A stretch of 63,236 nt of DNA, the filler included, from Choristocarpus tenellus KU-1152 (taxonomy: Eukaryota > Protista > Phaeophyceae), in assembly GCA_964200185.2 (NCBI GenBank). It is 10 parts of 10 records of this genome, joined end to end, with 100 filler letters (N's around TTAATTAATTAA, not from the genome) between each part and the next. Parts side by side here need not be neighbours in the genome. Positions count along the whole stretch, not along the records: positions 23,317 to 34,303 come from CAXNAD020002579.1; positions 34,404 to 38,684 come from CAXNAD020015315.1; 8 more parts are not named here. One strand, written 5' to 3'. The position numbers and the translations under genes were made by a program. The notes under the pieces are model-generated. The model ran no database searches. It saw only the letters and a program-made list of their open reading frames with translations, and had not been told where the DNA came from. Below, in pieces: positions 26,301-37,858 of this stretch (its first letter is position 1; each line of letters opens with the position of its first letter).

Positions 26301-28726
26301 TCACCAATATACTATGTTCAGGGGAACAAAAAGGGTTTCTATGATTTAATCATTTATCTGAACACACCTTCTACATCTGTGAACCTAGGGTTAGGTACTT
26401 TGCATCCAGTCTGACAAAAAAAGGTACATGGAAATAATAAGAAAAAAAAGAATCTATTCCAATACTGATATTCCAATACTGCACCTTTGAACGCTCAAGG
26501 ACTCATTACTCAGTTCATGGAAAACGAATTGTGGTCCTCTTCTTAACAATACAGTATGTATGACTCACGCACTGTCAGAGACATATTATCCCTAACCCTA
26601 AAAAAGGAGCGCTGGGGGATTAGGGACTGGACTAGGCCCTTCCTAGTCACTGTAGTTATTCATGTCTCCCTGCTTGAGTCAGAGGAGCCATTCACAATTG
26701 TCATCGGGTAACAACAGTAAAAATAAAAATAAAGTACCTTGCATGAAATTGTAAAAAGTATATACAACTCTTCAAAAAAAAAATCTAAAATTTGGTTAGT
26801 TCGTCGATTCTCATCCACAGCAGGATACTTGGAACCATTCTTAACTATTATTGGCCATCCTGGCAACTGGGTTTTGAAGGACTAAAATCATTATGTTCTG
26901 AGAATTTGTAGTGACCATCTCAACTACTTTGGAGTATGGTAGACCTTTACAAAACAAGAACACATGGTTATTTCTTCCAGGAAGACACATTCCAAACGGC
27001 ACAATAACCCTGGTGCAACATTAGGTTCCTACCCTGCCTCCAAATAGACCTTCTCATGAGGAAGGTAATATGTTGAAGAATTATCGGTAGTGGTGACTCC
27101 CCCACCACTCAAGGACATGGGCACATTGAAATTACAGTAGTGTTTACACATACACCTACCCATTTAACAGAGAAAGAAGGATAGCATGTACAAGGTGAGG
27201 GTTGAATTGGTTTTGAAATTCCACAGCATAACGGAAGGGTGGAGTTGTCGTTGAGTGAGGAATGGAAAACACTTTGAAGCAAGTCGACATGGAGCAGGTG
27301 AACCACCTTATTCTTGCGACTCTGGTTCTCAGTCAGAAAGAACATTCCAGGAAATTTACCCTCTGAAAATCTGAGTCTTCCAAACGGGCAGTTCAGAAGT
27401 CACCCCCCTAACTCGACATTGCCAGACTGTTCGTTAAACATTGCACAAAACATAATATTGTTGATGAAAAACATGATGAAAATATTGATATTTAAATAGC
27501 GATAAAATAGCAATAAAATGGTGATAATATTAGTATTAGAATGGCAGTAGTATTGATGTTCTCCGATACATGTATGTTTGCAAATGATGCAGAAAATGTT
27601 GTGTTTTTTATTATAGTTTTGGTAGTACCATATGAAATATATTATGCGAAACACTGTATGCTATCGATGGTGATGTGTGATGTGTGCTTCTGGTATCATC
27701 CACCCATCAAGTACACATGTCAAATTAATTAAAAGGGAAATGCTGATTCCAGAACTACCACTCCAATTACGACATGGGCAACATGGGAACTCTTGTTGGG
27801 AAAGGCTCCTAAGGTGTTTTTTTCTTGCCATACATAGTATCATGTAGCATGGTATTTTTACCACCTTCGAGATGAGCACAGCCAAAGCTCGTTTGTAACA
27901 TGATAGGGTTAGGGTTAGGGTAAGACTGCAGTACTGAGGTTAGGGTTAGGGTTACTGAAGTACAGAAGGAAAAAAAAAATAAGCAAACAACTCATTGATA
28001 TCTGAGTACCCAAGTACCAGACCAACTGAATATCTATCATAGTAAACTAGCAAAGAAGATTAACATATTGTCTGAACAATTTGACAGACTAGAAAACAAA
28101 CCAATCTAGTACTTGGTGGCAAAAACGACCTAGCCAAAACACCCAACAAATTAGATAGTCAAATAATCAAACTTGAACAACTTACAGTACTGATTAGCAT
28201 AACAACAGAAGCAGAACAAACTAGCTCGATAAATTTACTCTCACGAGTGAACCAATAGGTAACCGACAAAATAAGCGACAAACTTCTTAAGTGAAGAAAA
28301 GAGTTAAACCAACAAGTGAAAGCACACAGTTATTTGTATGAGTTACATCTCTCACAGATGGATGTCTCAAGCTCACTCAACATGCATCCAGTTCCATGCC
28401 CTCGCCCCTTACCCCAACCCTCGTTGGAAACATACCTATCAAAGAGTAGGTGCACCTTACTGGAATGCTCACCTTGATGTTCTCAGGCAGGAAAGAAGCA
28501 GCAGACAGGGCAGTATAACCACCTAGCGAGTTCCCCATGACCACCACTTCTCTCTCTTGTCCAATCACCTCCTTTACAAAGGCACACACCTTCCATCATG
28601 TCAAATACACACCAACACAGAAACACACACACAAGATGTTTTAGTTATCAGTAGGATACACGAGGAACCGAGTTGATAGTGTATAGTATAGTAGTGCATG
28701 GTCGACTAACCCTAACCCTTACCCTG
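23331..28726. repeat. Dense cluster of short interstitial telomeric (TTAGGG/CCCTAA)2-5 tracts
   Basis: Tracts at about 23331, 23373, 23771, 23919, 24219, 24846, 24932, 25557, 26590, 27904, 27938 and 28706, in both orientations. Further tracts at ~10117, 10850, 12214, 37598, 57107 and 58060. Confidence 0.9.
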
Positions 28727-29913
28727 ACCTTCACAGAAAACTATACTACTTCAAAGTGTGCTAGTTTTCCATGGTTCACTCAGGTAGTAAGATTACCTTG
28801 AGCAGATCTAGCCCTTCTTCTTTCTCTCCAGTACCTGCTGCTCATGTAAAAATCTTCGTTATATTTTTACGGGAACTTATCGCTTGATGGGTCTGCTTCA
28901 CCTTTCTGCTTGGCAAGGTTTGGCACACCACCACATTCGTGAAACCCGTCTCATGACACACACAGTAACCGCACGCACAAATTTAAGCATCAAAATACAC
29001 ATGAAATTGACGCAAGGACGGTACAAATGTTGCATAACAGACTGTGTACCTGATCTCGCCACAGCTCTGCAGAGTAATCGAGAATGGGCTTATCGCTGAG
29101 CCCAAATCCCAGCAGGTCTAATGCTAGGACGCGGTATCCCTTGGCAGCAAGTGCCGGAACGTTGTACCTCCAGTGATACGCGCTAGCCCCAAAACCGTGG
29201 ATCAACAGAAGAGCCGGCTTCACGAGGAGGAGAAAGTGCGACAAAAGGGAGGAAGGCAGGGGCGAGTTGAAGCAGTCTCAATAAACCAGTCGTGGTGAGG
29301 TTTGAGTCAGGCAATCACTATATCTAGCTGCTAGAGCTGAAGCAGACGCATACAAAACTTCAGCTCTGGCACAAGAGTACCTCAGTCATGTACTGAGTGT
29401 GAATATTGGATGCAATGCGATAATGTCTGGGAGTGTCTTGCTACGATTGAATCGTCAGAACTCAAAGGTAGACTAGCACAGAAAACGAGCAGACTGACAG
29501 CACACACCTTGTCACGTTCACCCTCGTCAATGTAGTTGATCTTATGACCCTCCCACTCCCATGTCAAGTACCCATTTTCCTTCCACTCAAGGCGGTTTAG
29601 CGTCGGTTTCATCCCTAAATCAGTAGATGCGACAGAGCTTGCGTGGCGGATAAGACTTTCCCCTTTGCCATGAATCCGTGGCCATCCGTGACTTTTTCCT
29701 CTGTGAGATTGAAAATTTCGCAGGGAGAAATTTGACGAGGTTGGTGAATTGCAGACTCGACTTACGATAGAGCCCTACAGTCCTGAACAAGCACACTTGC
29801 AAACCCAATCAGCCATGCTCGAGGAGACTCGTCCTATCTTACACTGGGATTATTGGTCGCCAAGCAGTAGCGAGAGCAGCACAAGCCACCAGGGTGATGC
29901 CTACAACCCTCAT
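24268..29913 (-). CDS. Plastid-targeted alpha/beta hydrolase, pheophytinase-like family; 5 exons, 3' part missing
   Basis: GT-AG exons with consistent phases: 29913-29843 (MRVVGITLVACAALATAWRPIIP), 29700-29508 (...EWKENGYLTWEWEGHKINYIDEGERDK), 29217-29050 (PALLLIHGFGASAYHWRYNVPALAAKGYRVLALDLLGFGLSDKP...WRDQ), 28589-28473 (...VVVMGNSLGGYTAL...), 24339-24268 (GCVLLNAAGRF...). HGFGAS oxyanion, DLLGFGxS and GNSLGG nucleophile motifs are typical of the plant/cyanobacterial pheophytinase-like hydrolases. Catalytic Asp/His exons were not found before the linker at 23317. Confidence 0.92.
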
Positions 29914-30139
29914 TGAATTCCCCCTTATTAACAGTCACTCCTTGATCCACAGGAAATTACGAGTTGATGTCCAAAACCAGGTCGATGACTTTCGTTGAAC
30001 CCATGCTATCGTCATCACACATTTTGACTTTTTTCACATTTGAAATACTGAAGGCCTTCCATTATCATATTGAAAACCATATTTCGTTACACTACTCCAT
30101 CCACCAACTACTCACTCATCTCCACAATCCCCAAGTAAC

Positions 30140-31635
30140 TCGTGAGTGGTGGTCGAAATCCTCCCAAGAACAAGAGACCAAATCCAACCCATACTACATC
30201 AGGTAGTTCGCCATAGTTTGTGGAGAGATGGGCGCCTAGGTGGACACTCTGTGTATGGACGTACAGCAAACCACACCAGCGATCAACTTGGACAACTACA
30301 CGAAAGGAACGAAGATACCGAAATCCTCTCCTGTTATCTTCGAACTACTCCAGGAACTACAAAAAGGTTAGGCGCTATATTTTGCCAGATTTCATATAGT
30401 AATAGTCATCAATCAATCGACATATCGATCACATAAACCACCACAACCTGCGAAACCCTATCACCAACAAGCCCCCCATATACCTCGGTAGTTACACTCC
30501 ATCGCTTACCAAATTTTTGACAATCATCCATGGCTACTGTGGTAGCGACTTCACGGGTCTATCAGCAAACGAGTTCTAAACTTTGGTAAGGACGGGCGTC
30601 CAGCAATGGACAATGGCACTTCTGTTCCATGACCACATGAATGTCAAGAGGGATCTGGACAGGATGTCATTGGATGGGGATCTATTGCGGGGGCATGTTC
30701 TGGCTCGGCCTCTGTCTTCGTACCCTACGGAGTACTCTTCCACTACTTCATTGGCTCACGCTCTTGGAGTGGAATGGAAATCCTCATCTCAAATGTGTTC
30801 CGTATTCAGGCTCAAAGTATCTGGGGGGCGTGGCGGCTGTCCATTTGGGGCCCTTTTTTTCATGTCGCGATTTTTGGGTGATTTGGTTACATACGTCGGA
30901 TGGAAAATGTAAGTGTACGTTTCCTGGTTATGACCCAAATGGAGACCCTGGTGTAGATCTCGGTGGCCGCCGCCCCATTAAAAAAAAAAGTCTGAATGAA
31001 TCGATTTTCTTGCATTTTCAAAGGCATCAGAGGAAATGCCACATTATTCTACAATTGGGACTACTTTTGTTTTTTTCTCACATCATGGATGCAAAAATTC
31101 TGGGATTTCCATCATACGATATGGTCCCTCTCTTCTCACTTAGGTTATTTGGTAAGCGTCACTCCTCCCCACCTGGCACGCTCTACCATGGAACAAGCAG
31201 ACAGAACCTAGAGAAGATATTGAAAATAGCAGACTCAGCTGGAGCCACCGACTTCTTAAGTCGGGGGTATAAAAATAGGTTTCTTCACCTGGAAACATAC
31301 CAACAACTCCAGGCACAGGTGCCCACAAGTTGGGGAGGGTTGAGCCTATTCTTCAAGAAACAAAACACCAGCATGCAGCCTTTGTAGGATTACTGCTGCC
31401 CACTCTCCCAACCCTTATATCAAGGCAACAAGAGTCTCATGGAGAAGTTTTATCACGCACATCTGTATGAGCCCCACAGTTGGGGCCCTGGGATCATCCA
31501 TTCACGCACCCCTCTCAACAAGAGTCTTCATAAGACTTGACGGGAATTATTGGCCAAGGTTGTGTAGCCTGGAGAGGAAGAACAACCCCTACCCCTGTAT
31601 CAGAGTTCCGCACTCTATAGTGGTATCAATAGCTT
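30140..31635 (+). mobile_element. Degenerate Ty3/gypsy pol remnant (RNase H to integrase zinc finger)
   Basis: VQQWTMALL...GDLLR resembles the RNase H C-terminal RW...ADxLSR motif, followed by EKFYHAH...GPG...GNYWPRL...C (H2C2-type). Interrupted by a family A MITE at 30809. Confidence 0.4.
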
Positions 31636-32546
31636 ATGCGTCTGGGGTTGTCCCGTCATAGCGTTTGATGTAGACATTGGATTTAAAAAATAAAAGCATA
31701 TTCGTGATGCCCGTCACAATGCCCTCCAGACTAAGGGCTTGCATTTTTTTCGTCATTTTTTTTCTATTTTTGAAGAAAGACCGGTCATATTGGGGTTCGA
31801 ACTCGGGATTGTAGGTCACCAAGAGTGGCAATGGATACACTATTACTTGATTGAAGTATAGGGTTTAGACAGGAAAAAAGCTTCCCCACCCTTTCTTCCT
31901 GTGTGTTCGCGAACTCACTCTTTGACCTCGGGAAGGATCTCCTCGTCGACGCCCAGAACGAAACGCCTCTCATCTCGCCCTTGCTCCAAGACCTTAATGT
32001 GGCCCTCAGTTAGGAAGTCTCTCTCCCATTTACTCACAGTTTCCGGGCTGACCATCGCATATCCTGCTGCCGTCTCGAGCGCCGTTTGACAGTCTTTCCC
32101 GTCATTCATACGCAGGTACAGGATTTGCAGTGTTAGAGCCTTTACTGTCACATTTCTTCGTGGAGCACCAGAAATGGGTTACTTTCTTTTGGGCTTCAGA
32201 GCCCTTGTACCCCAACCCTAACACCTTCTTTCTCGTTTCCTAAGCCACTCCGGCTCACATAGCTTCCAAACAGCTAGGGCCTGCAGCAACTGTCGACTAC
32301 TAAGATATTCTATACCCGGTTTTTCGCTTAGGGGTTTCCTGGGCGCAATGGCACGCAGTCGCACTGCTCTCCTCCCCAACCTTTCCTTCGGCTAGTCACT
32401 CTGGTTCTCCCTTCGCCTGCAGTGACCAGACTTCCCCTCAAACTTTGTCACTGTACCACACCTGGTGATGGACTCGCCGCTCTCTTCCTACTTTCCCGAG
32501 GCGGCAGAGACTGCAGAGCAGTGCTCCGACATGGTTGAAGATCCAA

Positions 32547-32725
32547 CACCCAAAGTATCTGGGAGGGGGGGGGGGGGTTATACTAGGGTGTCCATTTGGG
32601 GCAAAATCAGGAAAAGTGCATTTACAATATTCATTCGACGTATTCAACCAAATAACCCAAAATCGCAACATGAAAAAACAGACCCCAACTGGACAGCAGC
32701 CACCCCCTCCCAGATACGTTTAGCC
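32547..32725 (-). mobile_element. MITE family A, complete copy nested in the IS630/Tc1-like element, TSD CCAA
   Basis: The paralogous empty site at 14961-14990 (GAAGAT CGAA CCGCGTTTG) versus the filled site (GAAGAT CCAA [MITE] CCAA CCACGTTTG) defines the boundaries and the duplication. Confidence 0.9.
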
Positions 32726-33223
32726 CCAACCACGTTTGTGTGGTAATACTTTCCATGCATCTTCTCTCAGCATCAGTGTCGTGGCCATGTGGTCCATTGC
32801 GCGATTTGATCATGCTGCTGCGCCACACTACTCGCACTTTCTCGTCGCCTAACATCGCACTAAGTTTCACACGGTACTTGTTTTTCCGGCCCCTCTGACA
32901 GAGAAGGTGGCAAGGGTAGATCCAGAGGGCAGAGTGGCCTCGGCGACTCTCCTTGTCTCTCTGTCACGGTTCATGTTGCTGTGTAAGTCATGTGTGTGTG
33001 TCCTCATAGAAAGTCTGCAAAGGCGTTAAAAGGAGGAAATCTTGGGGACTTTTTCTGCTTTTTTTTTTGGTACAGCCGCACCAGCCAAACTTGGGCAAGG
33101 ACTAACCCCGGACCAGTTTTCTGGAAGGAGTTCAGCCAACCACTTCATTTTTTTCCGTTTTGAAGTCATGAACTTCAAAATTGCACTGGAGATATTCTCC
33201 CACGTTTTTTCCATTATTTGATC

Positions 33224-33549
33224 GGGACATAGCTGTCACAGGCGATATGTCTTGATGACGGTTTCATAAACACCATTATGACATTGAAGTTCGAGATTTG
33301 ATACATTTGTACTTCTTGATTTTTTATTTGTAATTTGGTCATTATGGTCCCCGATTATGATCGACATTGTTGATCAGTCCCTTTTTATACCATGATTGTT
33401 ACGATAATCCAAGTGAGAGATCCAGCATACTTGACGACTTGTGCATCAGGAGTCCTATACCTACATCAGTATCATCTATAAGACCATGGATTGGAGGTCT
33501 ATACATCCTGTAGAGGTGAGCTTCGAGGGGCGCCTGTAACATAGCTCCC
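33224..33549. mobile_element. 326-bp MITE nested in the IS630/Tc1-like copy 2
   Basis: Absent from the paralogous site at ~15460. Imperfect TIR GGGA...TGT(C/T)ACAGGCG / CGCCTGTAACATAGCTCCC; flanks GATC / GATT. Confidence 0.75.
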
Positions 33550-33688
33550 GATTCCCGAAGCCTGGACATTTGTGGATAGCTCTTGTCATACCCTTTCATT
33601 TGATATATATATTCTTGTATATCTCTTGCGGCTATATGGTGAAAAATTAAAGATTGCCACGGACTGTGAAGCTAATAGTACCACTTTA

Positions 33689-34230
33689 GCAGCCCACGAC
33701 GCCAGGGCCACAAGGAGGGCACAACACGACATCGCCCGTCTCCTGAACAGGATCCGGTTTGACTCCTCTTAAACAGAATTGGTCAACCTACCAGACAAAG
33801 CAGAACGAAGGAGGGAAAGATCTTTGCTAGCCCTGGCCTGCCACTGGAACCAGTGTGAACAAGGAGCAAACGCATGGGCCTCCACACAACCCCTGGAACC
33901 AGCATGCCAGATCCCTTCCATAGAGGTTAGACTCACTGCCAGCAGATCTATAATGTGGGAGGAGGCCTTGTCCAACAGGTGCCCAGTGGCTGGGTGCAGG
34001 AGGCACAATGTTGGCACCTGACACACTCGTACCTACCCAAGGGCAGGGGAACAGGTATGTCAGCACAAACCAATGGTTAAGTGTCTAGGTCAATTCTGCA
34101 AGGGAATGGGCATCCCTTGCACTAGGGAGGATGGGAGCCCATTCGCAGTGGGCATAGATTTCTGCATGGATGAGGTCTTCCATGCGGATGCTGGATCACC
34201 TCCTTACCGGGACAAAGGCCTCCCTTGAGG
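33689..34230 (+). mobile_element. Internal fragment of the same CRE-like LINE (zinc knuckle to start of RLE)
   Basis: CPVAGC...H...H knuckle, then GIP..EDGSPF..MDEVFH. The 3' end (ATGGAT..GTCTTCCATGC..GGACAAAGGCCTCC) overlaps the start of the 16304 copy. Confidence 0.7.
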
Positions 34231-34483
34231 AATGGACTCCCCATGGCAAGCGTGACTGTTAGGGCATCCTGGGGGGGGGGAGATGGAGGGGTGAGTTGGG
34301 GAGNNNNNNNNNNNNNNNNNNNNNNNNNNNNNNNNNNNNNNNNNNNNTTAATTAATTAANNNNNNNNNNNNNNNNNNNNNNNNNNNNNNNNNNNNNNNNN
34401 NNNCCCCCCCCGGATACTTTGAGCCTTAGTGTGTGTATATGTGAGACGAAAGCAGCAGTTACTGAGTTGTATCCTTCACACAG

Positions 34484-36268
34484 GAGTAGGAACCAATGAA
34501 GGAGGTGTATCGTTGATGAGACAGTTTGTTCAAGGGGGCAGCAGTTGGAAGAGCAAGTCAAGTGTGCATCGGAGGCAAACACCACATCTGTAGGTTACTG
34601 ATTGATTGAAATGTAAAAAGTGGTTGAAATAGTATTGTTTCCTTGAATAACCACATTCTTCCTCGTGCAACAAGAGGCAGACTAATGTGTTCTTATACAG
34701 TTTTTCGGTTGGTGTACTTCAACGGTGCAGTAGGTTAGTTGACCGGATGGGTGCTTGATAGCAAGCTGTGGAGTGGAGTGCAATGGAAAGAAGTTTGCCC
34801 TGGGCATACATTTTACCAAAGGGTATATACATAATATACATAGTTATCTTAGCTCAAAGCATAGATACTGATAGCTATCTCTTGGTGTATGGGAAATAAG
34901 TAGAAGTGATAAGGATACTCTTCTCATACTGCCACCATGGATACAAGCTCACTCCATTCTACAACATGGTAGAACAAAGTACAATATTATAGTACCTCTA
35001 CATTTCAAACCAAACCAAGAGTGATGTGGAGAACCTATGTAACTCTTTTAACAAAACCATGTTAAAAGGGGGGTGGCTTCTACTTGTCCTTCATCGTTCC
35101 ATGCGGCAAAGCACGGTTGGTACAAAATGCTGTGGGTCGACATGTCACAGCTTTGCAGGGATAGGCACCTCGTCAACTTCCAAATCGAGAATTTCCTGAG
35201 GTGGGAGACACAAAAGAAAACACCATCATTGTCAGAAGAAGAAGAGATGCAGGCAGTTGGTGCAATGAATGGTCAGGGGTCTGAAAGAGATTTCAATGAA
35301 TCATGAGCCAAATAAATTGAGGGGTAGGCAAGGATAAATTTTAAGAAACCTGAGAAGGGTAAGAAGACGTCATTTTTTACAATTGCGAAAGAGCCTTAAG
35401 ACAACTGTGCTATCACTTGTTTGTAGCAAGGAGGAATATAATTTTAGACACACTATTGTGCACATGAAGAAATGAAATAGAGTGTATTGCACACGTTAAG
35501 AAACATGGCTTAGAATGCAAAAGGGTTCAAATCTGCCTACCTCTAAGTGAAAGTATCCTAGAGGGTATGAGTTTTGCCCTGTTTGTCCATTTGGGGCTTG
35601 TCTTCTCATGGGTTCTTTTATGGCATTTTCCGACTCCAAAATGTCTTGGAGTAGGTATAATATATTCGTTATGAAAAGGTGTGTCCAGAACATGGATATT
35701 GACACTTCCTAACAAACACATGGTCAAAATTACATCAAAATCGCAACATTGGATTTTGGCCGCCAAATGGACGCGGCTCTACCCTCTAAGATACGTTGGC
35801 TCTCTCATTGGTTTGGTTCCACTAAAATATGATTGAGTAGTAATGGATTGATTTCTTTGGGACGGCATGGTGTTTCCCTTTCTACAGAGCGTTACTAGAC
35901 TGTACTGCTGAACACCTCAAGTCGAGCAAGATCCTGTTCTCCAGAGTATACAGCAGAGTGCACCATCAAGTGCATCACATTATTGCATTGAAGTATCATG
36001 TGTGTTGAGGAGTAAATCTCTTCGGATCTGAATAGGATAATGGCTTGTTTAACAACAAGCAGAACATGATATGGAAAATAGAGTAGCAAGGAACAAGACG
36101 CCATTCCCCCTTACTATATCCATCGAAATGCATTATCTTATCCTTGTCGTATGCTGGGCAATATGTAGCACAGGTAAAATAAAAAAATGTGATATCTGTC
36201 ACCCACATCCAATAAGTCAACCAACTGCAGACACCTTTGTCGGGCTATCAAGGCCTTGCCGAATGAGG
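34484..36268 (+). CDS. Possible internal exons of an unidentified gene
   Basis: Short AG/GT-bounded open segments near 34484, 35111, 35888 and 36232 can be joined as ...HGWYKMLWVDMSQLCRDRHLVNFQIENFLR-ALLDCTAEHLKSSKILFSR...HLCRAIKALPNE. No motif recognised. Confidence 0.25.
35545..35802 (+). mobile_element. MITE family B copy
   Basis: Same TIR and interior (GAGTTTTGCCCTGTTTGTCCATTTGGGGCTTG...CCAAATGGACGCGGC). Confidence 0.85.
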
Positions 36269-37584
36269 TACTCAATAGTCACGAAACAAATTACTACTCT
36301 TAGCCACCATAGGAGTCAACTCGAAGATGGACGGGTGGTAACAAGTTGGGCGGGCCACTTTCCATAGTAAACTATTGTGCCAGAAAAACCGAAATATGAT
36401 ATAGGGATAGGGTTATACACGTGGCTGATTTGTGTTCTGATTCTTGATTAATAAAAAGACGTTTGAAATTTGAAGGACTTTTCACTGGACTGGTAGACCA
36501 AACCAAATGACTAGACCAGAGCCGTAGAACACTGCGATCTAAATTACGTCAGTATGAAAAGTGAGACAAATTTAGCCGTAGAAGACATTTGAACGCCTAC
36601 GATGGTGTGAAAACTTTTTTTTTTTTCTTTTCGGGTTTATTGAAGCCGTTTTGGTTCTGTTCCGGTCTATAGAAGCCGAGTGTGTGTGTGCAGAAAATGC
36701 CTGCTCCTCATGTCTCTGGGCGTAATTACACCTAGGTGAGAGAAAAGCCCAACAATGCATCATAAATACACCCATCGAAGGAGGTGATCTCATGTAATTA
36801 ACATGCTAGGTGGGCTAGACCACAGCCCGGCCTGGTTAAGAGCTTCAATACGTCTGGTCCAGTCTTTTTAGGACAATGTATCTTGACCCGATCCATGCCC
36901 CCGTTTGGTCATATTCTCTGATGGCCCTGGACCGATTTTGGTGAAAAGTAATGTAATTTGTATTTTGGCGGCACTCTCAGATTACTCCAAGTGTGGTGAA
37001 AATTGAAAACCTCTACTACAGTACTAGATTACAGACCATTTGAAGTAAAAGCACCGAATCTTTTTATGTTGAATATTGATTAGTGGTGAGTGATTCCTAT
37101 GTCCCTCACTATAGCCAAGGCTCTTCACCACACCAACCATTAATACTGCAGAATGCCCCATGGCCTGGTCTGGTCCTGTTTAGATATTTATTACTCAGGC
37201 TGGTCCATGGGCCGGTTGATTTGCAATCTCAATCGGTCCAGTCCAGCCCTGCTAGGACATACATAACTGGTGCTGTTCTACTGTCCAATCTGGTTATACT
37301 CCCTAATAGCCCTGGACTGGTTCCAATAAATGTATTTCATCTGGACCAGCCCCCAGTCCGGTCCCATAACATCACCCGATCCAGTGAAAAGCCTTGGAAA
37401 GCTGCTATAGATAGGTCTATGGTGTACATCCATGAAATTGAGAAAATCCTGCTTTTGGATGACTAATCAGATATGACAACCATATGTGCCCCCACATGTA
37501 GGAACATGCCCCAATGATACGTCAAATTGATATCCTATTCCAGAAGGTTAAGGAATAATAAAACTTCACTACCACGTGTAATTT

Positions 37585-37858
37585 GAGTGAAAGTATCTTA
37601 GGGTTAGGGTAGAGCCGCGTCCGTTTGGGGCCCAAATTCCAACGTTACGATTTTGATGTAATTTTGACTATTGTGTTTGAGAGGAAGTGTCGATATCCCT
37701 GTTCCGAACATGACTTTTCATAGTTATATACATGACAGCTACTTAGAAACATTTTGGAGTAGGAAAATGTCATAAAACACCCGTGGGAAGCTAAGCCCAA
37801 ACGGACAGACAGACAGACAGACAGGGCAAAACTTGTGCCCTCCAAGATACTTTCACTC
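37585..37858 (-). mobile_element. MITE family B copy, inverted, TSD ATTT
   Basis: GAGTGAAAGTATCTT...AAGATACTTTCACTC flanked by ATTT on both sides. Carries an extra GGTT in its left TIR. Confidence 0.88.

Larger units (their letters stand above)
31640..33688 (-). mobile_element. Decayed DNA transposon, probably IS630/Tc1 superfamily, copy 2
   Basis: Homologous to copy 1. Retains an HTH-like segment TAAGYAMVSPETVSKWERDFLTEGHIKVLEQGRDERRFVLGVDEEILPEVKE (31915-32151), lacks ~14240-14620 of copy 1, and carries two nested MITEs. The catalytic DDE core was not seen; left boundary approximate. Confidence 0.65.

Noticed and set aside
30641-31387. 248-aa ORF
   Set aside because: Chance read-through across a gypsy remnant and a family A MITE.
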